Assembly (NCBI GenBank): GCA_965248755.1
Contig: OZ252149.1
Span: 2,592,001 to 2,656,000 of the forward strand
Reading direction: 5' to 3'
Source of the DNA: Candidatus Latescibacterota bacterium
GTDB taxonomy: Bacteria > Latescibacterota > CBDEFO01
Length of the DNA: 64,000 nt
The notes beneath the pieces are model-generated. The model had not been told where the DNA came from, did not search any database, and saw nothing but the letters and a program-made list of their open reading frames with translations. This document shows positions 63,201-64,000 of this stretch, in pieces. Both the position numbers and the translations under genes were made by a program. Within the stretch, counting starts at the first letter, position 1; the number at the start of each line of letters is the position of its first letter.

Positions 63201-63206
63201 GTTGAC

Positions 63207-63522
63207 CTACTCAGTAAAAACTGATTTAATCCCTCCCCAAGATCTAGCCTCCACAGATGTGGGATACTGTGGTAGCGGCACGAAGAACAGACCGTCAGGC
63301 GTCGACACGTACAGACGTGATCTATTGTGATCTACCGCCAGTACAGAGCCAAAACCCGGCAAGGGCGCAGTGAAGTGCCCCCATATATTCCCCCCATCGG
63401 TAGTATAAAATAGCCCCTCTGTGGTAATCACGTAGAGAACATCGGAAACATTTGGATCGGGGAACAAATGGTATGCCTTCCCAGGGAATCGGGCTTCTGC
63501 AGTAGCAATAGGATTGTATTCG
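63207..63522 (-). pseudogene. 3' end of a BNR-repeat gene (paralog of 52363-53487) interrupted by IS1380
   Basis: TTEGLFYTTDGG, RSRLYV..PDGLFFVPLP.YP.TSVEARSWGGIKS. Confidence 0.85.
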
Positions 63523-64000
63523 CCCCCATTCGCCATATTAGACCCGAAAAATGGTTGTCAAAGTCGCCAGAACATGTTATATTACAATAAATAAGACTCA
63601 TAAATGGCGGATAAATATTGATCATCCAGAGGGTGAAAGAATGAAAGTAGGTTTTGATGGAGGAATAAAGCTTGAATTTCATGGTGCAAAGGTGACATCA
63701 AACGGTGGACTTCTTGCGTATCGTGACCTTGATTACGCACTGGGATTATTTGATTCGGTATCAGCGGTTTTTACCGATAAACGCACAGGCCGTAATATCC
63801 AACATGATATATCTACTCTCCTGCGTCAATCGATATACAGCCGTCTTGCAGGATATGAAGATGTAAATGACGCCGAGCGATTATCCGTTGATCCCGTCAT
63901 GCGAGCGATTACCGGAAAGAAGGACAAAGGCAGGCAAGCTGCCAGCTCCAACACGATAGGACGTTTTGAAACTGATATACTGACTCAGCATGACAATCTC
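63523..64000 (+). mobile_element. IS1380-family element, copy 2 (runs off the window end); transposase from 63641
   Basis: Matches the reverse complement of the left end of 24462-26087, starting CCCCCATTCGCCATAT. Confidence 0.93.

Overview
Bacterial chromosomal window. The many FlgD-Ig/T9SS-like C-terminal domains, the dockerin/EF-hand-like tail and the 'SWGxIK' C-termini suggest an FCB-group candidate lineage such as Latescibacterota (inference only). 1-11 kb: two decayed lipid genes, an rpiB with a microcompartment-type N-terminus, and a sigma28-driven flagellin cluster (fliC-fliS-fliD-flaG-flgM-like) whose fliD is split by an IS3-family element. 11-33 kb: housekeeping genes (RsmC-like methyltransferase, GT9, ychF, hemB, prs, E2 acyltransferase), an IS1380 carrying a captured gene fragment, and an NtrC-type two-component system. 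33-64 kb: an accessory block of secreted proteins (two serpins behind a sigma54 promoter, VWA/VIT, FG-GAP/IPT/cohesin, metalloproteases, beta-propellers) with duplicated C-terminal modules and duplicated promoters, ending in a second IS1380. The most striking unexplained signal is several families of 17-25 bp hairpin elements with no transposase in the window. They stack inside each other between genes and also sit inside coding sequences (a transposase, a histidine kinase, a GT9, a secretion CTD, an NHL protein). No rRNA, tRNA or CRISPR array was seen. All calls come from reading the sequence by eye; no searches were run.
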